A stretch of 47,550 nucleotides of DNA, counting the filler, from Circinaria calcarea (Eukaryota), in NCBI GenBank assembly GCA_051942165.1. It is 2 parts of 2 records of this genome, joined end to end, with 100 filler letters (N's around TTAATTAATTAA, not from the genome) between each part and the next. Parts side by side here need not be neighbours in the genome. Positions count along the whole stretch, not along the records: positions 1 to 23,781 come from JAVECS010000116.1; positions 23,882 to 47,550 come from JAVECS010000117.1. One strand, written 5' to 3'. How positions within the stretch are numbered: the first letter of the stretch is position 1; each line of letters begins with the position of its first letter. The notes below the pieces were generated by a model. The model had not been told where the DNA came from. It was given only the letters and a program-made list of their open reading frames with translations, and ran no database searches. Made by a program: the position numbers and the translations under genes. Below, piece by piece: positions 17,199 to 26,113 of this stretch.

Positions 17199-19385
17199 AT
17201 GAACACCAACGGGGACATCTGCACGATCTGCGGCGAGAGCAGGAACCCGCACACGGCCAGGTACGAGCACGTGCGCCTGGGGTTGGACGAACCCCCGGAG
17301 CCGGTGCTGTGCAAGTGCAAGGAGCCGGTCAAGATCCTGGAGTCGATAAGGAACAAGATAGAGCACACGTTCTCGATCGTGGACGTGGTCCAGAACACGA
17401 CCATGGAGTCTCTAGCGTCCCCCAGCCTGAACATGGTGTTGGTCGACGGCGTGAGCGCGAAGGCGTCCAGGGAGGTGGAGCTGAGGCTGAACCCGTCGCT
17501 CTCCAGGGCCATGTTCACGAAGATGAAGGAGGGGCTGTTCCCCAACTCGAGCGAGAGGATGATCAGGGAGGTGGGCTGCATCTGGTGGACGGGCGCCGAC
17601 TCTAACGTCAATGCGAAGGTGAGGAAGAGGTCGAACGGCGAGGCCGTGGTGAAGGTGACCAAGAGCAGGACCAAGGTGGCGCCCGGGTACGTGTTGGCGG
17701 TCTCGGACGAGTACGGCTTCGACGGCAGGATCATGAGCGTGCAGTACGACGTGGACATGTTGGAGATCAGGGCGCCGATCAAGATCAGGGACACGCACGT
17801 GAATGTGATCGCGAGGATGTACGAGAACGACCGCATGACCTCCTTCGCGGCCGAGTTCGAGATCGAGGGCGACGTCACCAACACCGTCGTGAGGTCGATC
17901 CTGTGCCTGAGCATGGGCATCGTTGGCACCGTGTCCGCCATGAGGGACGAGATCGACTCCGAGTTCGTGGCCGACGTCAGGTCGAGCGACCACATCGTAG
18001 TGGACGTCCCCGACCTGACCGGGTACAAGGGCTCGTACATGGCCAAGGCCGACGGGGTGAAGGTGTACGTGTTCTGCTACGAGTTCGGCTACGTGGTGTG
18101 CGTCACTGACCCGGACTTCACCGTGGTCTCGTGCATGGTGACCATCACGCATAGGGTCCTGCCCGAGATGTCGAAGAGGCCCGACGTCTTGCTCGCGGAG
18201 ATGATGATGAATGGGGACATGGTCTACATCGACATCCTGGCCATGAACGGCATCGGGAAGCTGCCTGAGACCATGAACAAGCACAGGGTCATGTCCACGA
18301 CCGAGTGGCCGAACATGATCTTCAGGGAGTCCTGGGACCGCATGCCGAGCAGGATCCGCCTCGAGCTCGAGCCCACGCCCAACGACGGGGTCGTGTTGGT
18401 GACCCAGTTCAGGACGTTGAGGCTGAAGGAGCCCACGGTCGACCTCCTGTACTCGGGCGGGAAGCTGAGCGCGTTGGAGAACGGCGTCATGGTGCCTATC
18501 GCGGACGGCAACGAGAACATGGAGCAGGACATGGTCTACGAGATGGATGTGGTCAAGACCAACGACGAGTCGCTCATCAGGCTCATGAGGCCGAGGCAGA
18601 GGACGTTGAAGAAGATCCCCAACTCCATGGACGTGGTCAGGAGAGCGATCGCTAGCGCGAACAAGGACCCGACGATAAACGCGACGCTGCTCGACATCAC
18701 GTCCATGTCCTTCGCGATGAGGGAGAGGGTGTACACCCTGGCGCAGGCCAACTCGCCCAGGAACAGGAAGGTGATCGTGACGTTCGGCGTGGGGAGGTTC
18801 CAGGAGTGGAAGCAGATGATGATCGACGGCTTCTCCTACATCGCGGTGGACCCCGAGATCAACATCGAGGACCTGACCAGGAGGGCGAAGAGCGTGTCGG
18901 TCCTGCCCTACGACTTCGGCACCAACTTCAACACGCAGGTGCTCTCGATCTCGAAGAGGCGCTCGGTCGTGTTGTGGGCCAAGTGCAAGACCGACGACTT
19001 CATCAGGAGGGCGATGCCGACCAGGGTCATGAGCACGATCGGCATCCCAGCCGTGTTCTCGTTCAGCATATCGTACCACATCCCCACGATCAACATGCTC
19101 AGGACCAACGGCGTGAAGATGTTCGGCTGCGGGTTCGTCCACGACGCCATGCCAAGATCGGGTATAGGTCGCGAGCCTGTGACGATGAGGTCCAAGAACG
19201 CCGCCAGGTCCTCGAGCGCCGAGGTGGTGTCGACCTTCGGCAAGTCCACGTACGTGGAGCCGTACCTGAGCAGGTCCCACGTCCCGGGGTTGGTTTTGAT
19301 CAAGGACGCGATGCCGGAGCTGTGGAAGGCGGTGGACTCCAACACGATCGCCATCATGGAGAGGGCGGTGATCATGTCCGCGTGA
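17199..19385 (+). CDS. Trifunctional mRNA capping enzyme (RNA triphosphatase, guanylyltransferase, putative guanine-N7 methyltransferase), about 728 aa
   Basis: Triphosphatase motifs REVELRL and AEFEIE; GTase motif I KADG, III LLAEM, IIIa YIDIL, IV NDGVVL, V RLK; SAM-fold-like VIVTFGVGR, YIAVDP and FSFSISY; N-terminal CTICG...CKC. First ATG at 17199. Confidence 0.85.
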   Translation: MNTNGDICTICGESRNPHTARYEHVRLGLDEPPEPVLCKCKEPVKILESIRNKIEHTFSIVDVVQNTTMESLASPSLNMVLVDGVSAKASREVELRLNPSLSRAMFTKMKEGLFPNSSERMIREVGCIWWTGADSNVNAKVRKRSNGEAVVKVTKSRTKVAPGYVLAVSDEYGFDGRIMSVQYDVDMLEIRAPIKIRDTHVNVIARMYENDRMTSFAAEFEIEGDVTNTVVRSILCLSMGIVGTVSAMRDEIDSEFVADVRSSDHIVVDVPDLTGYKGSYMAKADGVKVYVFCYEFGYVVCVTDPDFTVVSCMVTITHRVLPEMSKRPDVLLAEMMMNGDMVYIDILAMNGIGKLPETMNKHRVMSTTEWPNMIFRESWDRMPSRIRLELEPTPNDGVVLVTQFRTLRLKEPTVDLLYSGGKLSALENGVMVPIADGNENMEQDMVYEMDVVKTNDESLIRLMRPRQRTLKKIPNSMDVVRRAIASANKDPTINATLLDITSMSFAMRERVYTLAQANSPRNRKVIVTFGVGRFQEWKQMMIDGFSYIAVDPEINIEDLTRRAKSVSVLPYDFGTNFNTQVLSISKRRSVVLWAKCKTDDFIRRAMPTRVMSTIGIPAVFSFSISYHIPTINMLRTNGVKMFGCGFVHDAMPRSGIGREPVTMRSKNAARSSSAEVVSTFGKSTYVEPYLSRSHVPGLVLIKDAMPELWKAVDSNTIAIMERAVIMSA

Positions 19386-21834
19386 TGAACTCCATCGAGA
19401 TCGGGGTGGAGTGGGGGGAGTTCATCATGGCCACGTCCGAAAACACGCCCAGCATCACCAACGAGTACCTGGTCTGGATGTCGATCGCGGCCGGCTTCGG
19501 CCTCGGGCAGTCGCATGTGATGGTGAGCCTGTTGCAGATCGAGCACTTGGGCACGATGCACATGTCGGAGCTGATGATGGCGTCCCTCACGTTCGAGGGG
19601 GTGTTCTGCATCATCATGGCGAGCAGCTCCCCCTCCCCGAGCCTGGGTGTGCCCTGCCTGTACCTCCCCTTCGGGATCGTGATCGAGACGAAGTTCGTCG
19701 ACGGGTAGTGGTGCTTGAGCGCGGCGATGTGCCTGAGCTGGAGCACGCGCATGATGCCGTAGGTGGCCTTGACCACCCTCTCGGTCCCGGTGGTGTCCAT
19801 GAACTTGAGCTTCTTGCCGTTCACGACGACGTACCCGTTCGGCAGCTTGGGCTCGACCCTCTTCTGGTCCTCGAACGAGATGACCTTCGTGGCCACGGAC
19901 TCCTCCATGTTCCTGAACGCGTACACGGAGCTGAACATGTTCGTCACCGCTGCCATCTCCCTGATCTGGCCCCCGAGCCCCCTCGTGATGTTCTTCGTCG
20001 ACAGCAGCAGGTTCGGCTTGAACTCTTTGCCCGTGACGGGGTCGATTATGCTGGGCATGTCGTTCTCCGGGATGATGTCCCCGACGACGATGGTGCTCGC
20101 GTCGGCGCAGGTGGACCCGTGGCTGGTCCTGATGCTGCTGCCGTACGCGATCTTCTCCCCCACCGTGAACTTGAGGCCGTGCGCGGTCCCGAGCTTGTCC
20201 CCGATCTCGAGCTTGGTCGAGGCCACGTAGACGGTAGCTATGGAGTCCCCGACCTTGCTCATGTTCACGTTCACGATCGTCCCCTCGATGGCGGGCGTCC
20301 ACCACCACTGGTCCTTGAGCACCATCCCGATCCTGATGTTGCCCGGGTCCCTGGGCAGGGGGTAGTTGATGTACCCGCTCCAGGAGAACGCCCCCGACTC
20401 CGCGAACTCCTTCGAGACCGTGCACGCGTCCTCGGTGTTGAGGTACCTGTTGATGAACGCCGCGACCACGTACTTGCCCGGGATGGTGATCCTGCACTCG
20501 TCAGTGGAGTGCTGCGTGACCGCATCCATGAACGGGGTGATGGCTAGCGGCCTGTTCTCGCCCATGGCCACGATGGTGGCGTCGCCCTTGATCGGGGTCG
20601 TCGACATGGCCTGCCTCAGCATCTGGAGCCCGAGGTTGAGCCTGGGGTCGGCCGTCCACGCGCCGAAGATGATGGTCAGGACCGCGGCGTTGAAGTACTG
20701 CTCGGGCTCGCTCGTCCTGTCGGGGAAGGACAAGCCCGCGAACTCCATCGTGTTCGAGTTGTGGACGGCCATGCTGTCGACGAGCGGGCCCTCGAACACG
20801 AATTTCTTCGAGACCACCTTCCAGCGCATGTGCCTGAGCACGACCCCCGTCGCCACTGAGACCACCAACACCTTGGCGGACTTGAACACGTGCACGGTCG
20901 GCATGTTGACCTCGTGCATCTTCATCCACTCGGCCACCATGAGCCTCACCTCCTTCTCCGACGCCGTGCAGCAGTACCCCATGCACCTCACGACCCACAT
21001 CTTGGCCCCGATCCCGTTCGGGAACTTGAGGACGGACAAGATCTTGGTCGCCATCTCGATCGTGCGCCTGGTCATGATCCTGATCGACGTGCCGAACACC
21101 AGCGCCCTCACCTTGCCGCTCGACTTCGACTGCGGCGTGAACACCGGGTCCATGAACCCCTCGTGGTCCATCTTCGGGTTCCTCTGCTCGAGGTTGGGCT
21201 CAATGTCGTCCCCGGCCACCTCCCCGAGCGAGATGACGCTGTTGTCGTGGATCAGGCCGTAGAAGCCGTAGTGGCACTCGATGTCCTCCAGGAGCGGGTA
21301 CAGCTTCTGCCAGAAGCTGTTGTCCGAGGAGTGGTTCATGGCCTCAGTCACGGCCTGGTTGTTGTACGCGCACAGGGGGCCGGTCTCGTGGTAGACCTCG
21401 GACGCCCTCTGCATCAGGATCGAGCCAGGAGGCGATGGGTACATCTGCGTGGGGTCGTCCCCCACCAGCCACTTGAGGCCGCCCAGGTTCGTCTCGCTGA
21501 TGACGTCGGCGATCTGGATCTGGTGGACGTCGGCGTACACGGACTCGCACACGGACAGGATGCCGTTCACCATCACGGCGTGGCCCACGATCGGGGGGTA
21601 CATCGACATCGAGAACATCCTCCCGTAGCTGATCCCCTCCCCGTCGGACTCCGGGCTGTCGGACGAGGTTATGACCCTGCCCTTGTTCAGCTTGTACTGC
21701 TTCATCGCGCTCCTGAGCACCAACACGTGCTCGATCCCGATCGGGAAGTCCCTGGACATCGAGGGCATGCTGTACATCACCTCCACGGGGGAGTTGGGGG
21801 TCGAGTTGATCGACGGCATCGTGCCTGTGTACAT
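19372..21834 (-). CDS. DNA-directed RNA polymerase second-largest subunit (RPB2/beta-like), shortened, 820 aa
   Basis: DPVFTPQSKSSGKVRAL (cf. CPxETPEGxxxGLVKNL), QMLRQAM, YLNTEDA (cf. YNQEDS), IGDKLGTAHGLK (cf. GDKFSSRHGQK), NDMP, LQLRHIAALKHH (cf. QRLKHMVxDKxH), GRYRQGTPRLGEGE (cf. GRxxxGGLRFGEME), C-terminal CSIC...CDC. Confidence 0.93.
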   Translation of the reverse strand: MYTGTMPSINSTPNSPVEVMYSMPSMSRDFPIGIEHVLVLRSAMKQYKLNKGRVITSSDSPESDGEGISYGRMFSMSMYPPIVGHAVMVNGILSVCESVYADVHQIQIADVISETNLGGLKWLVGDDPTQMYPSPPGSILMQRASEVYHETGPLCAYNNQAVTEAMNHSSDNSFWQKLYPLLEDIECHYGFYGLIHDNSVISLGEVAGDDIEPNLEQRNPKMDHEGFMDPVFTPQSKSSGKVRALVFGTSIRIMTRRTIEMATKILSVLKFPNGIGAKMWVVRCMGYCCTASEKEVRLMVAEWMKMHEVNMPTVHVFKSAKVLVVSVATGVVLRHMRWKVVSKKFVFEGPLVDSMAVHNSNTMEFAGLSFPDRTSEPEQYFNAAVLTIIFGAWTADPRLNLGLQMLRQAMSTTPIKGDATIVAMGENRPLAITPFMDAVTQHSTDECRITIPGKYVVAAFINRYLNTEDACTVSKEFAESGAFSWSGYINYPLPRDPGNIRIGMVLKDQWWWTPAIEGTIVNVNMSKVGDSIATVYVASTKLEIGDKLGTAHGLKFTVGEKIAYGSSIRTSHGSTCADASTIVVGDIIPENDMPSIIDPVTGKEFKPNLLLSTKNITRGLGGQIREMAAVTNMFSSVYAFRNMEESVATKVISFEDQKRVEPKLPNGYVVVNGKKLKFMDTTGTERVVKATYGIMRVLQLRHIAALKHHYPSTNFVSITIPKGRYRQGTPRLGEGELLAMMMQNTPSNVRDAIISSDMCIVPKCSICNRLTITCDCPRPKPAAIDIQTRYSLVMLGVFSDVAMMNSPHSTPISMEFITRT

Positions 21835-22127
21835 GTACGCGTGTGTGTACGTGTACCTGGTCGTGTGGTGTGTTAGTCTACACCAGCGCCACCTACCTGA
21901 GGATCAACGGCCCCCTCTTCCCCTCCCTCGCCACGATCTCGACGGTGGCGAGGTACGTGCCACGAGTACGGGTACGTCTGGTGGATCGTGTATGTCGACA
22001 CGACCACGTACGTGAACAAGGACATGTTCATCGGCTGATGCAGCACCAGGACCATCAACGGCTTCACGCACTGGAACGTGGACATGGACGGGGGTTCGTA
22101 CGCGAGCGTGTAGATGTGCGGGTTCAT

Positions 22128-22976
22128 ATGGCCTTGCTGTACAGGCACGCGACTATGTTCCGCTCCGGGTACACGTTCGGGGACATGATCAGGTGCATCG
22201 CCCCGTTCAGGATCGGGCTGTTTTCCATGATCTCGGCCACGGAGGTGTCCACCATCGCCATCATGGTCGGGCTCGAGACCACGCACGAGGAGATGCGGCG
22301 GTTCCTGAACCCGGTCAGGGACCTGGAGCCGTACACGAACGAGATCATGGACAGGATCGACTCCGGCGACATGGTCTTGCTCATGGGCAAGGACACGTTC
22401 GACCTCATCTCGAGGATCAGGGACCCGATCGGGTACTGGAACAAGATGAGGGGCAAGGAGCTGTTGGTGATCATGGTCCTCGTCGCCCGCAAGAACAAGT
22501 TCATCGACACGGACCCGTTGTACGTGAGGATGGGGATCGAGACAAACGACAAGGACATGTACAGCTTCGTGCCCTACACCATGTGCCCCTGCGCACCTGG
22601 CTACACCTGCGACCACTTCTTCCAGAGGGTGTTCAGCTCCGACCGCAGGGTGATGATCCTGACTGAGTTCATGACGACGTACATCGACCCGGCACCTCCT
22701 CGCATCAACCCCAAGACGATCGTCGATGGCAACGTGCATATCAACGAGACCAGGTTCCCGGCCAGGTTCATGGACATGTACCTACCGCTGCCCATGTCGT
22801 CGAACGAGGTGTGGACCGCGTTCATCAACTCGACCACGTCGCCGTTCGTGGCCACCCGCACGAACTCGATCCACAACATGAACAAGAAGAGCAGGTCGTT
22901 CGAGCTTCCGAACATGTTGCGCATCCAGTTCAACACGGGCACCCGGTTCGCGATGTTCTGCGATATCATCCGCTAG
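22128..22976 (+). CDS. Hypothetical protein, about 282 aa; start uncertain (22128 or 22155)
   Basis: Element codon bias begins near 22128; the upstream part of track ORF 21843-22976 looks non-coding. Confidence 0.7.
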   Translation: MALLYRHATMFRSGYTFGDMIRCIAPFRIGLFSMISATEVSTIAIMVGLETTHEEMRRFLNPVRDLEPYTNEIMDRIDSGDMVLLMGKDTFDLISRIRDPIGYWNKMRGKELLVIMVLVARKNKFIDTDPLYVRMGIETNDKDMYSFVPYTMCPCAPGYTCDHFFQRVFSSDRRVMILTEFMTTYIDPAPPRINPKTIVDGNVHINETRFPARFMDMYLPLPMSSNEVWTAFINSTTSPFVATRTNSIHNMNKKSRSFELPNMLRIQFNTGTRFAMFCDIIR

Positions 22977-23079
22977 CCCATCAGGTCCACAAGATGCTGA
23001 TCATGGTCTGGATCAAAACCAGGACTGCCAGCTGACAAGGCACGCGATCATCTACCAGACCAGGAACGTCCGCACGATC

Positions 23080-23757
23080 ATGTCGAGGAAGTGCTCCAAG
23101 TACACCATCACGAACGGCTGCGGCCACCTCTACACCGTCACCTACAGGTACTGCAACGGGAAGCACAAGGACTCCTGGAACGAGAACGCCTACTGCTTCG
23201 ACTCGTCTCAGGACGATGAGGACAACGAGAAGATGTCCGTGTGCATGGGCACGAGCTTCTGCAACAGGGGGTGCAAGGCCATGTGTATGGGCTGGAGCTG
23301 CTGCACCTGCGGGTACGAGATCGTGGAGGGGTTTTGGCACGAGGGCATCGGCATGCTCGTCCACACCAGCTCGACCGGGAAGTTGCACGCCTTCTGCGGC
23401 ATGTGCACGATCATCGATGTGCCCGGCATACCGACCGCGAACAGGAGCATGACCAGCGACACGATCAACCACACCGTCCCGATCACAAACAGCAGCGACG
23501 ACTCCGACAGCGACAACTTCGAAGACGCCCTCACGGACACCGACGACTACGGCGACATGGGCGAGCGCATCCTCAACGCCACGAAGATGATCGAGTTAAT
23601 GAACTTGGCCGAGCACGTGCACAAGTACGCCGACACGCCCATGGACGTGATCCCGACCGGGCCCATGCAAAAGACCAGGTACATGACCGAGGTGCCGAAC
23701 GTGGGGTTGACATCGACCGCTTCGCGAGGCAGCACACGAACTCCTGCCAGTACATGA
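23080..23757 (+). CDS. Cys/His-rich protein with an acidic region, 225 aa; divergent relative of the small Cys-rich family
   Basis: KCSKYTITNGCGHLYTVTYRYC, FCNRGC, WSCCTCG, HAFCGMC; the ORF runs through the terminal repeat. Confidence 0.7.
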   Translation: MSRKCSKYTITNGCGHLYTVTYRYCNGKHKDSWNENAYCFDSSQDDEDNEKMSVCMGTSFCNRGCKAMCMGWSCCTCGYEIVEGFWHEGIGMLVHTSSTGKLHAFCGMCTIIDVPGIPTANRSMTSDTINHTVPITNSSDDSDSDNFEDALTDTDDYGDMGERILNATKMIELMNLAEHVHKYADTPMDVIPTGPMQKTRYMTEVPNVGLTSTASRGSTRTPAST

Positions 23758-23781
23758 TCATGGTCCTGACGAACAACACGA
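23641..23781 (+). repeat. Terminal direct repeat, right copy (identical to 1-141)
   Basis: Exact 141-nt match to the window start, ending at the N gap. Confidence 0.97.
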
Positions 23782-23881
23782 NNNNNNNNNNNNNNNNNNN
23801 NNNNNNNNNNNNNNNNNNNNNNNNNTTAATTAATTAANNNNNNNNNNNNNNNNNNNNNNNNNNNNNNNNNNNNNNNNNNNN
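23782..23881. other. Artificial contig-joining spacer (44 N + TTAATTAATTAA + 44 N)
   Basis: Symmetric N runs flank a 12-mer (23826-23837) that has stop codons in all six frames. Confidence 0.97.
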
Positions 23882-24473
23882 GTTTTGGAGGATGTATGGA
23901 TGATGTACCATGTATCATGTATCAAGTATGTGATTCCTTGACGGTTTGGTGCATTCTATCTCATTTTTAAAATAATAAAAAGATTATTGCTTCCAAGGGA
24001 AAATTTAAATTCGTTTCGAGCACAAAGCAGTAGAGATTGAGAGGGAGATGATTTGTTTCAATAATCCCCAGTACTGGATTATAATACCAAAAAGTTGTAT
24101 ACATTGAGGCGGAAAAAGGGCCCCGTCCTTATCAATTCGAAATATAAAGTCCATGTCAAATCCTCACTCTCTGCAACCAGTGTCCGGTCCTACACCGGTC
24201 CCGAATAGCCCTTTCTCCCCGAGTTGTATTTATCCTGTTATGCTCTTTGCCAAGAGCCCTGCTTATCGCTTCCCTATGCACCATACCATGATAACCGTGG
24301 CTTTGCCTTGCCTTGCCTTGTTTTGCCTTGTTTTGCCATACCAAACCCATCCAGTTCCCAAATCTCAGAAGTTCATCCAGTCACCAAAATAAACCCCCAT
24401 TGATTCGGATTCCTCGCTTTTTCACATGTCCCAGTAGGAAAATAATTCATAGGAGAGGAGAACAGACTGCGTT

Positions 24474-24817
24474 CTATGACGTTGAAGTGCTGTTGGCGCT
24501 ATCGGCAGACGACTGCGTCGTAAGCTGCGTCATGGCACTGACACCCTCCTGTTCGGCACTGCGGCGGCGGGATGCGGAGAGGGTGGCGGCGTCCATTTGG
24601 CGCTTTGTGTGCTGGTGCATTGTTCTAATGCCGAGTTTCCGGTTAGCTAGCTGCTTTGTTGAGATCCGTTTTCGGAGGTGAAGGAGATTTGTCTGTAGGG
24701 AACGGGAAAAGCTTACCGAGCATAAGTCGCCACGGGATCTTCGTAGGCGGCCTCTAGGTTGTAGTGGGCGGATGAGGGAGAGGATGAGGATGCGGGGTAG
24801 AGGGATGCAGATGCCAT
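24474..24817 (-). CDS. Small two-exon fungal hypothetical protein, 83 aa (exons 24817-24717 and 24624-24474)
   Basis: ATG 24817, GTAAGC donor, GCTAAC branch site and TAG acceptor join in frame: MASASLYP...DPVATYAR/TMHQHTKRQMDAA...STSTS*. Confidence 0.65.
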
Positions 24818-26113
24818 TGCTGAAAAAGATAATAGCTGATGTTTGTTGGTGATGATGGATTTGGTGGCTATGGAAGGATGACTGGGGATGCTTTCTGGTA
24901 TGAAGTAGTTTCGAATTACGGAGGGGCAAAACCAATGTTCAGTAAGTTGTGGCCGATGGGTGTCGTGGTTGTTGGACTGTCAAGATCACCTTTGTTCTCT
25001 GGGGGTGAAAGCAAAGAGACAGGAAACGCGTCTTTTTCGTATCTTTTATCTATTTTCGTCCCCCAGCCATTTTGCCCATTTTCGCATCTTGCCCACCCTT
25101 GTCCCTCTTGCATCATCAGGGTCCACACCCGAGCGTCATGGCCTGTCAATCCAAGCCGGTTTCGGTCTAGTTGGGGCTGGCATCGTCGATCCCCTGTGGA
25201 GCCGGTGAAGCCTCGAACTGCTCTCAATTGGCTCACAGCTACTCCAGCCACCCGCGATGTGCAGTACTCTGTCAAGATCAAATGTGAGACCCTGCGTTAG
25301 GACCTTCCTCAAGCCTTAGCTCCTGTGTCTCGTGCCGTTGGCCCCACAATCTGGCCCATCCCAATGATCCAATGATCCGTACTTTGGGGAAAACGACGTC
25401 AGGTACGGGCACTCAAGGGCAGCTTTTCCCTGCCATCCCCCGGCAATCCTGGCCCGTCTTATCTCATCCGATCGTCGACTTGGTTTTCTTGGCTCGCTTG
25501 ACTTGCTTGGCCGTGACTAAAACGGCGTGAACGGGTGCGGGGGATATGATTGTGTGGAGACAAAAAGGATGTCGAACATGATCAAAATGTGGAGCCCCGA
25601 TTTATCCGACGGGGCGTTTTGGGGGAGAAAGAAAGAAAAAAAAAGCGCCATCGTGGGAGGAGGTCGGGTCGTGTCCTGGGAGGCGGAGGCGGAGAATGAA
25701 CATCGGATTGGGAGGGTCGGGAAGATGTGCTTCTTTCGCCACCATGTTTTATGATGCCAGTCGTCATATCTCAATGCAAGTATCAAAGCAAATGTTGCCG
25801 GCGGCATACCATATGAATAATACGGCCTTCATCATGTATCGAAGAAGAGGCCGGAATTTTCTTTTTAAAAGAAAGTTTTTACATATTGTGCCTTAGCATC
25901 TCCATAAGTGCTATAACAGGATAATAGACGGATTAGATTTACTTAGATATATGATACCCCATAAACCTCGACTCGCCAAACAGATCCGTGCTCCGATACA
26001 GATAACAGCCAACATGTCTAAGTACGTGGGCCACATACAACCCCCCCTCTCATGGTCGCTCTCATCTATCCACACATCTAATGCTGCTCCAAACCCCCTC
26101 CATCCTTCCCCCC

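Larger units (their letters stand above)
1..23781. mobile_element. Circularly assembled 23,640-bp virus-like DNA element encoding its own PolB, SF3 helicase, two RNAP subunits and capping enzyme
   Basis: Identical 141-nt ends; about 18 tightly packed intronless ORFs with strong GC3 bias; hallmark motifs of PolB, SF3 helicase, RPB1, RPB2 and capping enzyme; composition clearly differs from the fungal contig after the gap. Confidence 0.88.

Noticed and set aside
358..22739. Many long overlapping ORFs in the element (e.g. 770-2389, 2611-4305, 4361-5968, 10527-12551, 10802-13033, 14739-16247, 17412-19280)
   Set aside because: Shadow frames caused by strong GC3 bias. They are rich in R/G/H/V/D/P, lack motifs and overlap motif-bearing genes.
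2611..22976. Genome-wide reassignment of TAG to an amino acid
   Set aside because: The conserved enzymes have no internal TAG, and convergent genes end on shared CTAG, so TAG acts as a normal stop.
148..23757. Classification as a Polinton, virophage, yeast linear plasmid, Starship or bacteriophage
   Set aside because: No protein-primed PolB, integrase, inverted termini, tyrosine recombinase or phage structural genes are visible; the capping enzyme points to a eukaryotic host.
23826..23837. TTAATTAATTAA as a biological site or insertion target
   Set aside because: It is centred in symmetric N runs and is a six-frame-stop linker.
24300..24337. (GCCTT/GTTTT)n pentanucleotide run
   Set aside because: Ordinary short microsatellite in fungal intergenic or UTR DNA.
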